A DNA stretch of 64,000 nucleotides. Source: Candidatus Nanopelagicales bacterium (GTDB taxonomy: Bacteria; Actinomycetota; Actinomycetes; S36-B12; CAIYMF01). Positions within the stretch are counted from its first letter, which is position 1, and each line of letters opens with the position of its first letter. Location: contig JAFIHG010000044.1 in the NCBI GenBank assembly GCA_017848795.1, positions 28,046-92,045 on the forward strand, read 5' to 3'. Below the pieces are notes generated by a model. It saw nothing but the letters and a program-made list of their open reading frames with translations, was not told where the DNA came from and did no database searches. The translations under genes were made by a program, and so were the position numbers. Shown one piece after another: positions 1 through 9,888 of this stretch.

Positions 1-1150
1 TCGGCGCGTACACGGGCGCCGCACCGCTGTGCTCGATCGTCATCTGGCCATCGAAGAGGTAGGTGTTGAGCGGCACCTTCGGCTTGTTCACCGGCACCTG
101 GTGGAAGTTCGTACCGATGCGGTTGCGCTGCGCGTCGTTGTACGCGAACGCCCGACCCAGCAGCATCTTGTCCGGCGACAGACCGATCCCCGGGACCAGG
201 TTGCCCGGGGAGAACGCGGCTTGTTCGATCTCGGCGAAGAAGTTCTCGGGGTTGCGGTCCAGGGTCATCGTGCCGACCGGGATCAACGGGTAGTCACCGT
301 GCGGCCAGGTCTTGGTGAGGTCGAACGGGTTGTACCGGTAGGTCTTCGCTTCGGCGTACGGCATCACCTGCACCGACACCTTCCAGCTCGGGAACTCCTC
401 GCGCCGGATCGCGTCGAACAGATCGCGGCGGTGGAAGTCCGCATCCTCGCCGGTGATGCGCGCTGCCTCGGCGTTGCTGAGGTAGGCCATCCCCTGGTTG
501 GTGTGGAAGTGGTACTTGACCCAGAACTTCTCACCACTCGCGTTGATCCACATGAAGGTGTGGGAGCCGTAACCGTTCATGTGGCGCCAGCTGCGCGGCA
601 GCCCGCGTACGCCCATGAGGTAGGTGACCTGGTGCGCCGACTCCGGATTGAGCGTCCAGAAGTCCCATTGCATCTGCGAGGAGCGCAACCCGGAGTCGGG
701 CAGCCGCTTCTGGCTGCGGATGAAGTGCGGGAACTTGATCGGGTCGCGCAGGAAGAAGATGGGGGTGTTGTTGCCGACGAGGTCGTAGTTGCCCTCGCTC
801 GTATAGAACTTGATGGCGAACCCGCGCACGTCACGCCAGGTGTCCGGACTGCCCTGCTCGCCGGCGACCGTCGAGAACCGCAGCAGCAGGTCGGTGGACG
901 CCCCGGGCTGGAACAGCGCGGCCTTGGTGAAGCGGCTGACGTCCTCGGTGACCTCGAGCTTGCCGAAAGCTCCGGACCCCTTCGCGTGCGGGCTGCGCTC
1001 CGGGACGCGTTCGCGGTTGAAGTGCGCCATCTGCTCCAGGAAATGCACGTCGTGCAGCAGCAACGGGCCGTTGCTGCCCACGCTCAGGGTGTTGCGGTCA
1101 CTCGCCGCCGGTGCCCCCGCGCCGGTTGTCGATCCGGTCTCGTCTGCCAT
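1..1150 (-). CDS. katA: Monofunctional heme catalase, N-terminal ~383 aa; C-terminus runs off the left edge
   Basis: Absent from the ORF track because it has no in-window stop. My reverse-strand translation from ATG 1150-1148 gives [63 protein letters not shown]...[28 protein letters not shown]...[14 protein letters not shown], the canonical catalase core. The 29..1504 + ORF is its antisense shadow. Confidence 0.95.
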   Translation of the reverse strand, partial: MADETGSTTGAGAPAASDRNTLSVGSNGPLLLHDVHFLEQMAHFNRERVPERSPHAKGSGAFGKLEVTEDVSRFTKAALFQPGASTDLLLRFSTVAGEQGSPDTWRDVRGFAIKFYTSEGNYDLVGNNTPIFFLRDPIKFPHFIRSQKRLPDSGLRSSQMQWDFWTLNPESAHQVTYLMGVRGLPRSWRHMNGYGSHTFMWINASGEKFWVKYHFHTNQGMAYLSNAEAARITGEDADFHRRDLFDAIRREEFPSWKVSVQVMPYAEAKTYRYNPFDLTKTWPHGDYPLIPVGTMTLDRNPENFFAEIEQAAFSPGNLVPGIGLSPDKMLLGRAFAYNDAQRNRIGTNFHQVPVNKPKVPLNTYLFDGQMTIEHSGAAPVYAP

Positions 1151-1280
1151 CGCCGCCTCCGATTCGATGCTCGATACGTGCTGGACCCACCCCACCACCT
1201 TTTCTGGAATGTGTCCAGACAAGTCGGAGGTCGGCCGGCGCCGACCTGCGGAAGATCACCTCCCGCTCTAGCGTGGCCCG

Positions 1281-2279
1281 ATGACATCACACGGACGGAC
1301 CGCCCCGGTGGCCGCCAACCTCGCGTTCGAGGGCCTGGTGAAGTCGTACGGCCCCACCGTCGCGCTCACCGACCTCAGCTTCGAGGTGCGCCCCGGAGAG
1401 GTGTTCGGCTTCGTCGGCAGCAACGGCGCCGGCAAGACGACCGCCATGCGGATCGCCCTCGGTGTCCTCGAGCCGGACAGCGGACGGGTCTGCTGGGGCG
1501 GTGACCCCATCACCTTCGAGACCCGCCGCCGCATCGGCTACATGCCCGAGGAGCGCGGTCTCTACCCGAAGATGCGCGTCGGGGAGCAGCTCGCGTACCT
1601 CGCGCGCCTGCACGGGCTGCCCGAACGCGACGCGCGGGCCGCCGTGACGCGCTGGACCGAGCGGCTCGGCATCGCCGAACGCGTGGGTGACGAGGTGCAG
1701 AAGCTCAGCCTGGGAAACCAACAGCGGGTGCAGCTCGCGGCGGCGCTCGTGCACGACCCGGCGGTGCTGGTGCTCGACGAGCCGTTCTCCGGGCTGGACC
1801 CGATCGCAGTCGACGTCATGAGCGCCGTGCTGCGTGAGCAGGCCGCCACGGGTGTGCCGGTGCTGTTCTCCAGCCATCAGCTCGACCTCGTCGAACGGCT
1901 GTGCGACCGCGTCGGCGTCGTCAGCTCCGGACGGCTCGTCGCGCTCGGCGCGGTCGATGAACTGCGGGGCGCGGGCCCGCGCCAGCTCGTCGTACGTCCG
2001 GGCGGGACGGCGGACCGGGTAGCCCAGATCCCGGGATGCCGGCTCGTCGCGCAGGACGGCGACCAGCTCGTCGTCGAGCTCGCGGACGAGGCCGACGACC
2101 AGGAGGTGCTGCGCGCCGCCCTCGCCGGTGGGCCGGTGCACGAGTTCCGGCCGCGGCGCCCATCGCTGGTCGAGCTCTACCGGCACGTCGTCAGCGCCGC
2201 CCCGCCGGGGTCTACAGCGGAAAGCGGAGAACCAGAACCGCCTGCGCGGGCAACGGATGGGAGAGGGGCGGCATCGTGA
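1281..2279 (+). CDS. ABC transporter ATP-binding protein (ABC-2/NatA-like)
   Basis: Walker A GSNGAGKTT, signature LSLGNQQRV, Walker B VLVLDEPFSGLD. The stop overlaps the next gene start (GTGA at 2276-2279). Confidence 0.9.
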   Translation: MTSHGRTAPVAANLAFEGLVKSYGPTVALTDLSFEVRPGEVFGFVGSNGAGKTTAMRIALGVLEPDSGRVCWGGDPITFETRRRIGYMPEERGLYPKMRVGEQLAYLARLHGLPERDARAAVTRWTERLGIAERVGDEVQKLSLGNQQRVQLAAALVHDPAVLVLDEPFSGLDPIAVDVMSAVLREQAATGVPVLFSSHQLDLVERLCDRVGVVSSGRLVALGAVDELRGAGPRQLVVRPGGTADRVAQIPGCRLVAQDGDQLVVELADEADDQEVLRAALAGGPVHEFRPRRPSLVELYRHVVSAAPPGSTAESGEPEPPARATDGRGAAS

Positions 2280-3496
2280 ACGAGTCGACCGGAACACCGA
2301 CCGGGCTCGGCAGCGTCGCTGCGGTCCGGCTGGTCGCCGGGCGTGAGCTGCGTACCCGGCTGCGCTCGAAGGCGTACCTCATCATCACCGCGGTGCTGGT
2401 GGTGATCGTCGTCGCGCTGGTGCTGGTGGCCAAGCTGGTGTCCGGTAGTCACAGCGTCCTGAAGGTCGGGGTGCTGCCCGACGCCGCGCCCGTCGCCCGC
2501 TCGCTGCAGGCAGCCGGCGTCGCCCTCGGCGAGGAGCTGGACGTGGTGCGGGTGACCGGGCCGGACGAGGCCCGCCGCGAGCTGGACGCCGGAACGCTCG
2601 ACGCCGTCGTCGTCGCAATGCGCGGGACCACGCTCGGCGTCCTCGTCACGCAGACCCTGGACCCCAAGCTGCGCGTCGTGCTCGTCGCGACCGCCTCGCA
2701 GAGCGTGCTCAACGACCAGATCCGCACGCTGGGCGGGGACCCCGAGGCGGTACACGCCCGCGTCGCCGCGGCGGGCATCGAGGTGAACAGTCTCGAACCT
2801 GCTCCCGCCTTCGACCCGCAACGCCTCGCTGTCGGGTTCATCGCAGGGATCCTCGTGTATCTGGCACTCATGCTGACCGGCCAGCTGATCGCGCAGGGAG
2901 TCGTGGAGGAGAAGTCGAGCCGCGTCGTCGAACTGCTGCTCTCGACGATCCGGCCCTGGCAGCTGCTCGCCGGCAAGGTCGTCGGCATCGGGCTGGTCGG
3001 CCTGCTGCAGGTCGTGCTCGTCGGCGTCGCGGGTCTGGTGGCCGGCCAGCTCACCGGGGTGCTTACGATCCCGTGGGCCGTGGTCGGAGGCGCGCTCGGC
3101 TGGCTCGTGCTGTGGTTCGTCCTCGGATTCACCATGTACGCGCTCGTGTTCGCCGGTCTCGGTGCACTGGTGTCCCGCCAGGAGGAGGTGGGCGGGGTCG
3201 TCACGCCGGCGACCGCGCTGCTGGTGATCGGGTACGTCATCGGGGTGAGCGTCCTGCCGTCGGACCCGGAGAACCAGCTGGTGGCGGTGCTCTCCCTGCT
3301 GCCGGTGTTCTCGCCGACGCTGATGCCGATCCGGCTCGCGATGGGCGAGGTGCCGGTGTGGCAGATCGCGACCGCGCTCGTCCTGGCCGTGGTGACGATC
3401 CCGCTGCTCGTCGCGATCACCGCCCGGATGTACCGGAACGCCGTGATCCGCAGCGGTAGCCGGGTGCGGCTGCGCGAGGCCATCCGCGCCGGCTGA
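2276..3496 (+). CDS. ABC-2 type transporter permease (NatB-like)
   Basis: GTG at 2276 lies in the frame of ORF 2036..3496. It has one N-terminal TM helix, a long soluble loop, then about 5 hydrophobic segments. It is translationally coupled to the upstream ATPase. Confidence 0.8.
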   Translation: MNESTGTPTGLGSVAAVRLVAGRELRTRLRSKAYLIITAVLVVIVVALVLVAKLVSGSHSVLKVGVLPDAAPVARSLQAAGVALGEELDVVRVTGPDEARRELDAGTLDAVVVAMRGTTLGVLVTQTLDPKLRVVLVATASQSVLNDQIRTLGGDPEAVHARVAAAGIEVNSLEPAPAFDPQRLAVGFIAGILVYLALMLTGQLIAQGVVEEKSSRVVELLLSTIRPWQLLAGKVVGIGLVGLLQVVLVGVAGLVAGQLTGVLTIPWAVVGGALGWLVLWFVLGFTMYALVFAGLGALVSRQEEVGGVVTPATALLVIGYVIGVSVLPSDPENQLVAVLSLLPVFSPTLMPIRLAMGEVPVWQIATALVLAVVTIPLLVAITARMYRNAVIRSGSRVRLREAIRAG

Positions 3497-3508
3497 CCCG
3501 CCCGCCGC

Positions 3509-5785
3509 TCAGCGCCGCAGCAGCGCGAGGGCCGCCTGCTCGATCTCCTCCTGGGACAGCAGCACCAGTTCCGCGGCGTCGCCGAGCGGGACGAAACTGT
3601 CCGCGCTCGTCACGCGGGCGAGGCGGCCGTCGAAGCCCGCGTCGACGAGCGCGGTGACGACGGCTTCGGAGACCCCGCCGCTGCGGCGCGTCTCGTCGGC
3701 GACGAGCACCCGGCCGGTGGCCTGCGCCGCCCGCAACAGGTCCGCAACCGGAAGCGGCACCAGCCACCGCAGGTCGAGCACACGCACCGCCACGTCCTGC
3801 TCGCCGAGCCGACGTGCGGCCCGCAGGCTGAGGCGCAACCCGTTGCCGAACGTCACGATCGTCAGGTCCCTACCGTCGCCGTGGGTACGCGCCCGGCCGA
3901 TCGGCACGTGCTGCTGCGCCCACCGGTGCGGCGCCGCATAGGGCGCGCGCCACCCGTCGTCGCCGGATTGGTGCAGGTCGCGGGTGTGGTAGAGCGCGAT
4001 GGGCTCGAGGAACACCGACACGGTGCCGTCGACCGCGGCGGCCTGCGCGCAGGTCCGCAGCATGGCCGCCGCGTCCTCGGGCCGCGCGGGCGAGGCGACG
4101 ACGATTCCGGGGATGTCGCGAAGCACCGCGACGGCGTCGTCGTTGTGGAAATGGCCGCCGAAGCCCTTCTGGTAGCCGTACGCCGCGACGCGCACCACCA
4201 TCGGGTTGCGGTAGCGGCCCTGGGCGAAGAACGGCAGCGTCGCCGCCTCACCGCGCAACTGGTCCTCGGCGTTGTGCAGGTAGGCCAGGTACTGGATCTC
4301 CGGGATCGGCAGGAATCCGGACAGCCCGGTGCCGAGCGCCAGCCCGAGGATCGCCTGCTCGTCGAGCAGCGTGTCGAACACCCGGGCCGATCCGAAGGTG
4401 CGCGCCAACCCGCGAGTCACGCCGTAGACGCCGCCCTTGACCGCGACGTCCTCCCCGAACACCAGTGTTTCCGGGCGGCTGACCAGCAGGTCGGCGAGCG
4501 TCCGGTTGATGCTCTGGGCGAGGGTGAGCGGGCCCTCGTCCTCGGGCAAGCGTCCCCCGAACGCCTGCTCGCGCCCGGCGGGCGGCGCCGGCTGCGCGAC
4601 CTCCTGGGCGACCTCCTGGGCGACCTGCATGCTGCGGCGCGGCGCGATTGGTTCCATGACCGTGGCGCGGTCGGCCAGCCGCGGCTCCCCGCGGGCCTGC
4701 GCCGCGGCTGAGAGCACCGTGCGCCGGGCCCGCTCGTACCGGTCGAGGACCTGCGCCGGTCGCAGCGCGCCCGTCTCTACCAGCACGCGCGCAGTCGCGA
4801 GCAGCGGGTCGCGTTCCTGGTCGGCGGCGATCTCGGCGGGGGAGCGGTACGCGATCTCCGCGTCGCTGCCCGCGTGCCCCAGGAACCGTACGGTGCGCAG
4901 GTGCAGCACCGCGGGACGGCGGCGCTCGCGTACGAACGTCACGGCCGCCTGGCTCGCCCGCCACACCTGCACCGGGTCCTCACCACGCGCGCTGAAGTAC
5001 GCCAGCTGCCGCCGGGCCTGCAGCGCCTCGGCCACCCAGCCGGCAGGGGAGCGGACACTGATGCCGAGCCCGTTGTCCTCGCAGAGCAGCAGCAGTGGCA
5101 ACGGCAGGCCCTGGTGCGCCATCCAGGCCGCCGTACCGAGTGCGCCTTGCGCCGTCGAGTGGTTCAGTGACGCGTCTCCGAAGCTGACGACCGTGACGGC
5201 GTCCGGGGGCCAGGGGGAGGGGAGCCCCAGCTTGCGCGCACGCTCGATCGCGAACGCGACGCCGACGGCGCGCGGCAGGTGCGAGGCGACCGTCGAGGTC
5301 TGCGGGATCACCGCCAGCTCCGGATGGCCGAACACCTTGTGCCGGCCGCCGGCGATCGGCTCGGTCCGCGCCCCGGTGAGCCCGCGGGCGATGTCGAGCA
5401 CCCCGTCGTGTCCGGGCCGCTTGGCGGCCCGCGCCAGGTAGAACGCGCCGGAGCGGTAGTGCAGCAGCGCCGGATCGTCGACCCGCAACGCCATCGCGAC
5501 AGCGGCGTTCGACTCGTGACCGGCCGACGCGATCGTGTAGAAGCCGTCCCCCTGCTCGCGCAGCACTCGCGCGACGAGGTCGAGGTGACGACTGTGCGCC
5601 TGCGCCTCGAACAGCGCCGCCAGCTCGTCCGCCGTAGGGCCGGGACCCGCCGCGGCGGCTGCGGCCACGCCGGTCGTGGGCGGGGCGAGCCGCCTCACGC
5701 GCGTCAGGAAGTGCTCGTCGATCGCCTCCCGCCCCGGCACGGCGCCATCCTGGCACGCAGGGTCGGCGGCGAGCCGGGGCGCCAC
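3509..5785 (-). CDS. Fused alpha+beta E1 component of a TPP-dependent 2-oxoacid dehydrogenase
   Basis: 758 aa. The N half is E1-alpha-like (FGDASLNHSTAQGALGTAAW..LLLLCEDNGLGISV). The C half is E1-beta-like (LVFGEDVAVKGGVYGVTRGL..FDTLLDEQAILGLALG). Confidence 0.8.
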   Translation of the reverse strand: MAPRLAADPACQDGAVPGREAIDEHFLTRVRRLAPPTTGVAAAAAAGPGPTADELAALFEAQAHSRHLDLVARVLREQGDGFYTIASAGHESNAAVAMALRVDDPALLHYRSGAFYLARAAKRPGHDGVLDIARGLTGARTEPIAGGRHKVFGHPELAVIPQTSTVASHLPRAVGVAFAIERARKLGLPSPWPPDAVTVVSFGDASLNHSTAQGALGTAAWMAHQGLPLPLLLLCEDNGLGISVRSPAGWVAEALQARRQLAYFSARGEDPVQVWRASQAAVTFVRERRRPAVLHLRTVRFLGHAGSDAEIAYRSPAEIAADQERDPLLATARVLVETGALRPAQVLDRYERARRTVLSAAAQARGEPRLADRATVMEPIAPRRSMQVAQEVAQEVAQPAPPAGREQAFGGRLPEDEGPLTLAQSINRTLADLLVSRPETLVFGEDVAVKGGVYGVTRGLARTFGSARVFDTLLDEQAILGLALGTGLSGFLPIPEIQYLAYLHNAEDQLRGEAATLPFFAQGRYRNPMVVRVAAYGYQKGFGGHFHNDDAVAVLRDIPGIVVASPARPEDAAAMLRTCAQAAAVDGTVSVFLEPIALYHTRDLHQSGDDGWRAPYAAPHRWAQQHVPIGRARTHGDGRDLTIVTFGNGLRLSLRAARRLGEQDVAVRVLDLRWLVPLPVADLLRAAQATGRVLVADETRRSGGVSEAVVTALVDAGFDGRLARVTSADSFVPLGDAAELVLLSQEEIEQAALALLRR

Positions 5786-5833
5786 GGACCGTCGTGAGCC
5801 GGATCGCGGCGGCGCGGCAGTTACTGTGACCGC

Positions 5834-6718
5834 ATGAGACGGCGCACCACGTACGCAGTGCTGAGCGGCGTACTGCTCGTGCTGGGCGTCCTCGCGGTCG
5901 TCGCGGGCGCGCTGCTCGCCCTCACGTTCGGTCCGAACGGCGAACTGCAGTCCGCGCGTACCAAGATCGACGGGAAGGGCGCGGCCGTGGTGGCCGAGCA
6001 GATCAGCGTCGAGGCGAGCAACATCCCGGTGCCCGACGGGGTCGGCACCTTCCGGATCGAGGTCAGTCCGGTCGGTCCCCGTGCGCTGTTCGTCGGCACC
6101 GCACAGCAGGCGCCGCTCGACGGGTACCTCACCGGGGTGCCGTACGACGTCGTCACGTCGCTCGAGTCGGGCGGGCAGGCAGAGCTGCGTCAGGTGCCGG
6201 GGACCAAGCTCCCGCCGCCACCGCAGCAGCTGGCCTTCTGGACGGCGCAGCAGACCGGTACGCCGGGCGGGACGGTGTCGCTGTCCGCCGACCTCGACCC
6301 CGGCACCAGCCTCGTCATCATGAACGCCACGCCCAGCGACGGCGTCGTCGCGGACGTGCGGGTGACGCTCACGGTCGGCTGGGCGTGGCGTACGGCGCTG
6401 GGCCTGCTCGTGGGCGGTGCGCTCGCCGTGGTGATCGCGATCGTGCTCGCCTGGCGCTCACGCGTCGCCGGTCGCCGCGCGCGCGCCGGCATGCCGGAAC
6501 GCGGCCAGCCGGCACCGGGCGAGGCGCTGGCCGCGAGCATCCTGCCCCGTGGCGACGGCGCGGGCGGCGCCCATCCGGTCGTGCCACCGCCGGCCGCCAT
6601 CCCGACCCCACCTGCCATCCCCGAGGACGGCACGGCCGACCCGACCGAGGTCCTGCCGCGGATCGAGCCGGGTTCGCGCACGCCGGGATCGAGCACGGGC
6701 GATGCCCGCGACACCTAG
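5834..6718 (+). CDS. Hypothetical membrane protein with Pro-rich C-terminal tail
   Basis: N-terminal TM helix (VLSGVLLVLGVLAVVAGALLAL), a ~150 aa exposed domain, a second TM helix (LGLLVGGALAVVIAIVLAW), then a P/A/G-rich tail. I recognise no family motif. Confidence 0.5.
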   Translation: MRRRTTYAVLSGVLLVLGVLAVVAGALLALTFGPNGELQSARTKIDGKGAAVVAEQISVEASNIPVPDGVGTFRIEVSPVGPRALFVGTAQQAPLDGYLTGVPYDVVTSLESGGQAELRQVPGTKLPPPPQQLAFWTAQQTGTPGGTVSLSADLDPGTSLVIMNATPSDGVVADVRVTLTVGWAWRTALGLLVGGALAVVIAIVLAWRSRVAGRRARAGMPERGQPAPGEALAASILPRGDGAGGAHPVVPPPAAIPTPPAIPEDGTADPTEVLPRIEPGSRTPGSSTGDARDT

Positions 6719-6754
6719 CGCGCCGCACCAGGACGCCGCCACGGGCACCGTGCC

Positions 6755-7360
6755 ATGAAGGTGCAGCAGACCGAGGTCTCCTCCGACCGGATCGTCACCG
6801 TTCCCAACGCGCTCTCGGCGCTGCGCCTGGCGGGCGTACCGCTGTTCCTGTGGCTGGTCCTCGGTCCGCACGAGGATGGATGGGCGGTCGCGGTGCTGGC
6901 GCTCGCCGGCCTCACCGACTGGCTGGACGGCTACCTCGCCCGTCGCACCGGGCAGATCACCCGCCTCGGTCAGCTGTTGGACCCGGTCGCCGACCGTCTC
7001 TACATGGCCGCGACGCTCGTCGCGCTGTGGCTACGCGGGATCGTGCCGCTCTGGGTGCTGGTCGTGCTGCTCGGCCGTGACGTCCTGCTCACCGCGTTCC
7101 TCGCCGTGCTCCGCCGCCGCGGCATCGTGGGACTGCCCGTCCATTTCCTGGGCAAGGCCGCGACCTTCAACCTGCTGATCGCCTTCCCGCTGCTGCTCCT
7201 CGGCGCCGGTACGGCACTGCACGGTGGGGCCGCCGAGGTCGCCCGCGTCCTCGGCTGGGCATTCGTGCTGTGGGGGACCGCGCTCTACGTCTGGGCCGGG
7301 CTGCTGTACGCCGAGCAGGCCGCACGCCTGATCGGCCAGGATCCCGCGAGAGCATCGTGA
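6755..7360 (+). CDS. pgsA: CDP-alcohol phosphatidyltransferase (PgsA / cardiolipin-synthase type)
   Basis: Motif DWLDGYLARRTGQITRLGQLLDPVADR fits D-G-x2-A-R-x8-G-x3-D-x3-D. Multi-TM protein in the position equivalent to Rv1822. Confidence 0.85.
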   Translation: MKVQQTEVSSDRIVTVPNALSALRLAGVPLFLWLVLGPHEDGWAVAVLALAGLTDWLDGYLARRTGQITRLGQLLDPVADRLYMAATLVALWLRGIVPLWVLVVLLGRDVLLTAFLAVLRRRGIVGLPVHFLGKAATFNLLIAFPLLLLGAGTALHGGAAEVARVLGWAFVLWGTALYVWAGLLYAEQAARLIGQDPARAS

Positions 7361-8181
7361 CCGGGACGACGCGTGACGCCGCTCGGCCGACCGCCTCCGG
7401 ACGAGACCCCGGGTCCTCCATGGCGCTGCTGCGCACGGTGCTGCAGGGCGTGGAGCTCGACTACCCGGCCGATCGTGACCGGGCGGCGGCGCCGCGTACG
7501 CTGCGCCGTGCGGTGCTGCTGCTCACCGCCGTCGCCGTCGGGTTGGTGGTCGCCCTCGGAGTCGTGCAGCATCGCCGTGACGCGGCCTCCGACGACCTCG
7601 AGCGCAGCGCGCTGCAGGCCCGGGTCGAGGCGCAGACCGACCGGCTGGCCGCGCTGCAGGCCGACGTCACCGCCGCCCAGCAGCGGATCGCGCAGACCGA
7701 GCGCCGCACGCTCGCGCAGTCGGTGAGCGGTGGCGTCCTCGCCGACCGTGCGGCGCGCCTCGCGGCTGCGGCAGGGCTGAGCCCGGTCGCCGGACCCGGC
7801 GTCGCGCTGGTGGTGGACGACGCGGAGCCGGACCCGGTGAGCGGACGCATCCCGGACGGCGGACGGGTGCTCGACCAGGACCTGCAGCTGGTCACGAACG
7901 CGCTGTGGGAAGCAGGAGCGGAGGCGATCGCGATCAACGGGCACCGGCTGACGGCCACCAGCGCGATCCGCAGCGCCGGAGATGCGATCCTCGTGCACCT
8001 GCGACCGCTGCTGCCGCCCTACACCGTGCAGGCCATCGGTGATCCCGCGCACTTGCAGGAAGGGTTCGAGCAGTCGGACGGCGGGGCGCAGTTGCGTAGC
8101 CTGGGCAAGGAGTACGGGCTGCGGTGGCACCTCGACGCAGCCGAACGCCTCGAGCTCCCCGCCGGCGAGCAGGCACCGTGA
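7357..8181 (+). CDS. DUF881 family membrane-anchored protein
   Basis: GTG 7357 overlaps the pgsA stop (GTGA). It has an N-terminal TM helix (AVLLLTAVAVGLVVALGVV), a coiled-coil-like stretch and a C-terminal ...AINGHRLTATSAIRSAGDAILV... core typical of DUF881. The start is uncertain; ATG 7420 is an alternative. Confidence 0.75.
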   Translation: MTGTTRDAARPTASGRDPGSSMALLRTVLQGVELDYPADRDRAAAPRTLRRAVLLLTAVAVGLVVALGVVQHRRDAASDDLERSALQARVEAQTDRLAALQADVTAAQQRIAQTERRTLAQSVSGGVLADRAARLAAAAGLSPVAGPGVALVVDDAEPDPVSGRIPDGGRVLDQDLQLVTNALWEAGAEAIAINGHRLTATSAIRSAGDAILVHLRPLLPPYTVQAIGDPAHLQEGFEQSDGGAQLRSLGKEYGLRWHLDAAERLELPAGEQAP

Positions 8182-8200
8182 CGATCCGACGGAGGGACCG

Positions 8201-8533
8201 ATGATCGCAGCGATCGGACTGCTCGTCGGCATCGTGCTCGGCGTGGTGCTGGGCCCGACCGTGCCGCTGTGGCTGCAGCCGTACCTGCCGATCGCCGTCG
8301 TCGCCGCCCTCGACGCCGTGTTCGGCGCGGCACGCGCGTTCCTGGACGGGGTGTTCGACGACCGCGTCTTCGTCGTGTCGTTCCTCTCGAACGTCGTCGT
8401 CGCGGCACTGCTCGTGTTCCTCGGCGACAAGCTCGGCGTCGGCGGCCAGATCTCCACCGGCGTCGTCGTCGTCCTCGCGATGCGGATCTTCGCGAACGTC
8501 GCGGCGATCCGGCGGCGGGTGTTCCGGGCATGA
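8201..8533 (+). CDS. sbp: Small basic protein Sbp (DUF1290)
   Basis: MIAAIGLLVGIVLGVVLGPTVPLWLQPYLPIAVVAALDAVFGAARAFLDG...MRIFANVAAIRRRVF aligns by eye with B. subtilis Sbp. It sits between two DUF881 genes, as in other Gram-positives. Confidence 0.8.
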   Translation: MIAAIGLLVGIVLGVVLGPTVPLWLQPYLPIAVVAALDAVFGAARAFLDGVFDDRVFVVSFLSNVVVAALLVFLGDKLGVGGQISTGVVVVLAMRIFANVAAIRRRVFRA

Positions 8534-9267
8534 ACGAGCCGGCCGGGGCCGGTCCCGGCGCATCGCGCCGCGAGGGGAGGCGACGCTGGACGCAGCTGCT
8601 CGCCGGGCTGCTGGCCGCGCTGCTCGGGTTCGGCATCGTCGCGGCCACCCGTCCCGCCCCGGACGACGCGGTCCTCGCGACCGCACGCGAGTCCGACCTG
8701 GTCTGGCTGCTCGACGACCTGGACCAGCGCCAGCAGCGCCTCGAGGCGCAGCGCCAGGAACTGCTGTCCGCCGAGGCGCGCCTGACCTCGACCGACGAGC
8801 AGGAACGGATCGCCGAGGCGCGCCGCCGCGCGGACGCACTCGCGGTCCTGGCCGGTACCGCCCCCGCGACCGGCGCGGGGATCCTCATGACGATCGGCGA
8901 CCCCGAGCGACGGGTCCTCGCCGCGACGCTGCTCAACGCCGTACAGGAGCTGCGGGACGCGGGAGCCGTCGCGATGTCCATCGGCGACCAGCGCGTGGTC
9001 GTCGACACCTGGTTCGTCGACGGGCAGGCACCCGGCACCGTCGAGGTGTCCGGCGTGGTGGTCCGTCCGCCGTACGTGTTCCGGGTCGTGGGGGATCCCA
9101 AGACGATGGAGACCGCCATGCTGATCCCGGGCGGGGTGGCCGACACCGTACGCACCGATGGCGGCACGATGACGATCACCGCGCGGGACGAGCTGACCGT
9201 GAGCGCGTTGCGGCCGCTTCGTACGCCTCAGTACGCTGCGCCGGTCCGACCCGCGCCGAGCCCGTGA
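8530..9267 (+). CDS. DUF881 family protein (second paralog)
   Basis: ATG 8530 overlaps the sbp stop. It has a TM helix (LLAGLLAALLGFGIV), a coiled coil, and ...AMSIGDQRVVVDTWFVDG... resembling the first DUF881 copy. Confidence 0.75.
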   Translation: MNEPAGAGPGASRREGRRRWTQLLAGLLAALLGFGIVAATRPAPDDAVLATARESDLVWLLDDLDQRQQRLEAQRQELLSAEARLTSTDEQERIAEARRRADALAVLAGTAPATGAGILMTIGDPERRVLAATLLNAVQELRDAGAVAMSIGDQRVVVDTWFVDGQAPGTVEVSGVVVRPPYVFRVVGDPKTMETAMLIPGGVADTVRTDGGTMTITARDELTVSALRPLRTPQYAAPVRPAPSP

Positions 9268-9698
9268 CCGCGACGAGCCGACCCGTCCACCAGACAAAGG
9301 GGCCTGCCTTGAGCGAGAACTACCCGGAAGACCTGCGCTACACCGCCGAGCACGAGTGGGTCCGTGAGACGGAGGCCGGGACGGTCCGGTTCGGGATCAC
9401 CCACTACGCGCAGGACTCGCTGGGCGACATCGTGTTCGTCACCCTGCCGGCGGTCGGCGATCGGATCACGGCGGGCCAGCCCTGCGGCGAGGTGGAGTCC
9501 ACGAAGAGCGTGAGCGACATCTACGCGCCTGTCACCGGGACCGTCACCGCACGCAACGACGCCGTCGAGACCAGCCCGGAGACGCTCAACACCGACCCGT
9601 ACGGCGCGGGCTGGATCGCGGAGGTCGAGCTCGACGACCCGGCCGCGGTGGGCGGCCTGCTGGACGCGGCGGGTTACCAGGCCGGGCTCGGCGCCTGA
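9264..9698 (+). CDS. gcvH: Glycine cleavage system H protein
   Basis: YTAEHEWV...GITHYAQDSLGDIVFV.LP.VG...GEVESTKSVSDIYAPVTG, with the lipoyl-lysine in ESTKSV. GTG 9264 overlaps the upstream stop. A later TTG near 9310 is an alternative start. Confidence 0.9.
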   Translation: MTATSRPVHQTKGPALSENYPEDLRYTAEHEWVRETEAGTVRFGITHYAQDSLGDIVFVTLPAVGDRITAGQPCGEVESTKSVSDIYAPVTGTVTARNDAVETSPETLNTDPYGAGWIAEVELDDPAAVGGLLDAAGYQAGLGA

Positions 9699-9888
9699 CA
9701 CCGCGCGCGCCCGCGAAGGGTTCCCGGTGACCGGTTGACCGGCGTTCCGTGCGCTGCCTAGGGTGTGACGGCGCTTACCCTCGACCTGTGGTCGAGATGG
9801 ACACCGTCGGAATCGACAGCGAGCGCCGAGCCGGGGAGGACGCCATGTGCCAGCCGCCCGCCCGCCCGCCGCGGCGGGAGGTCGCACC

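Noticed and set aside
29-1504. 491-aa plus-strand ORF covering the left end of the window
   Set aside because: It is Arg/Val/Gly/His-rich low-complexity sequence lying exactly antisense to an unmistakable catalase reading frame. This is the typical shadow ORF of high-GC DNA.
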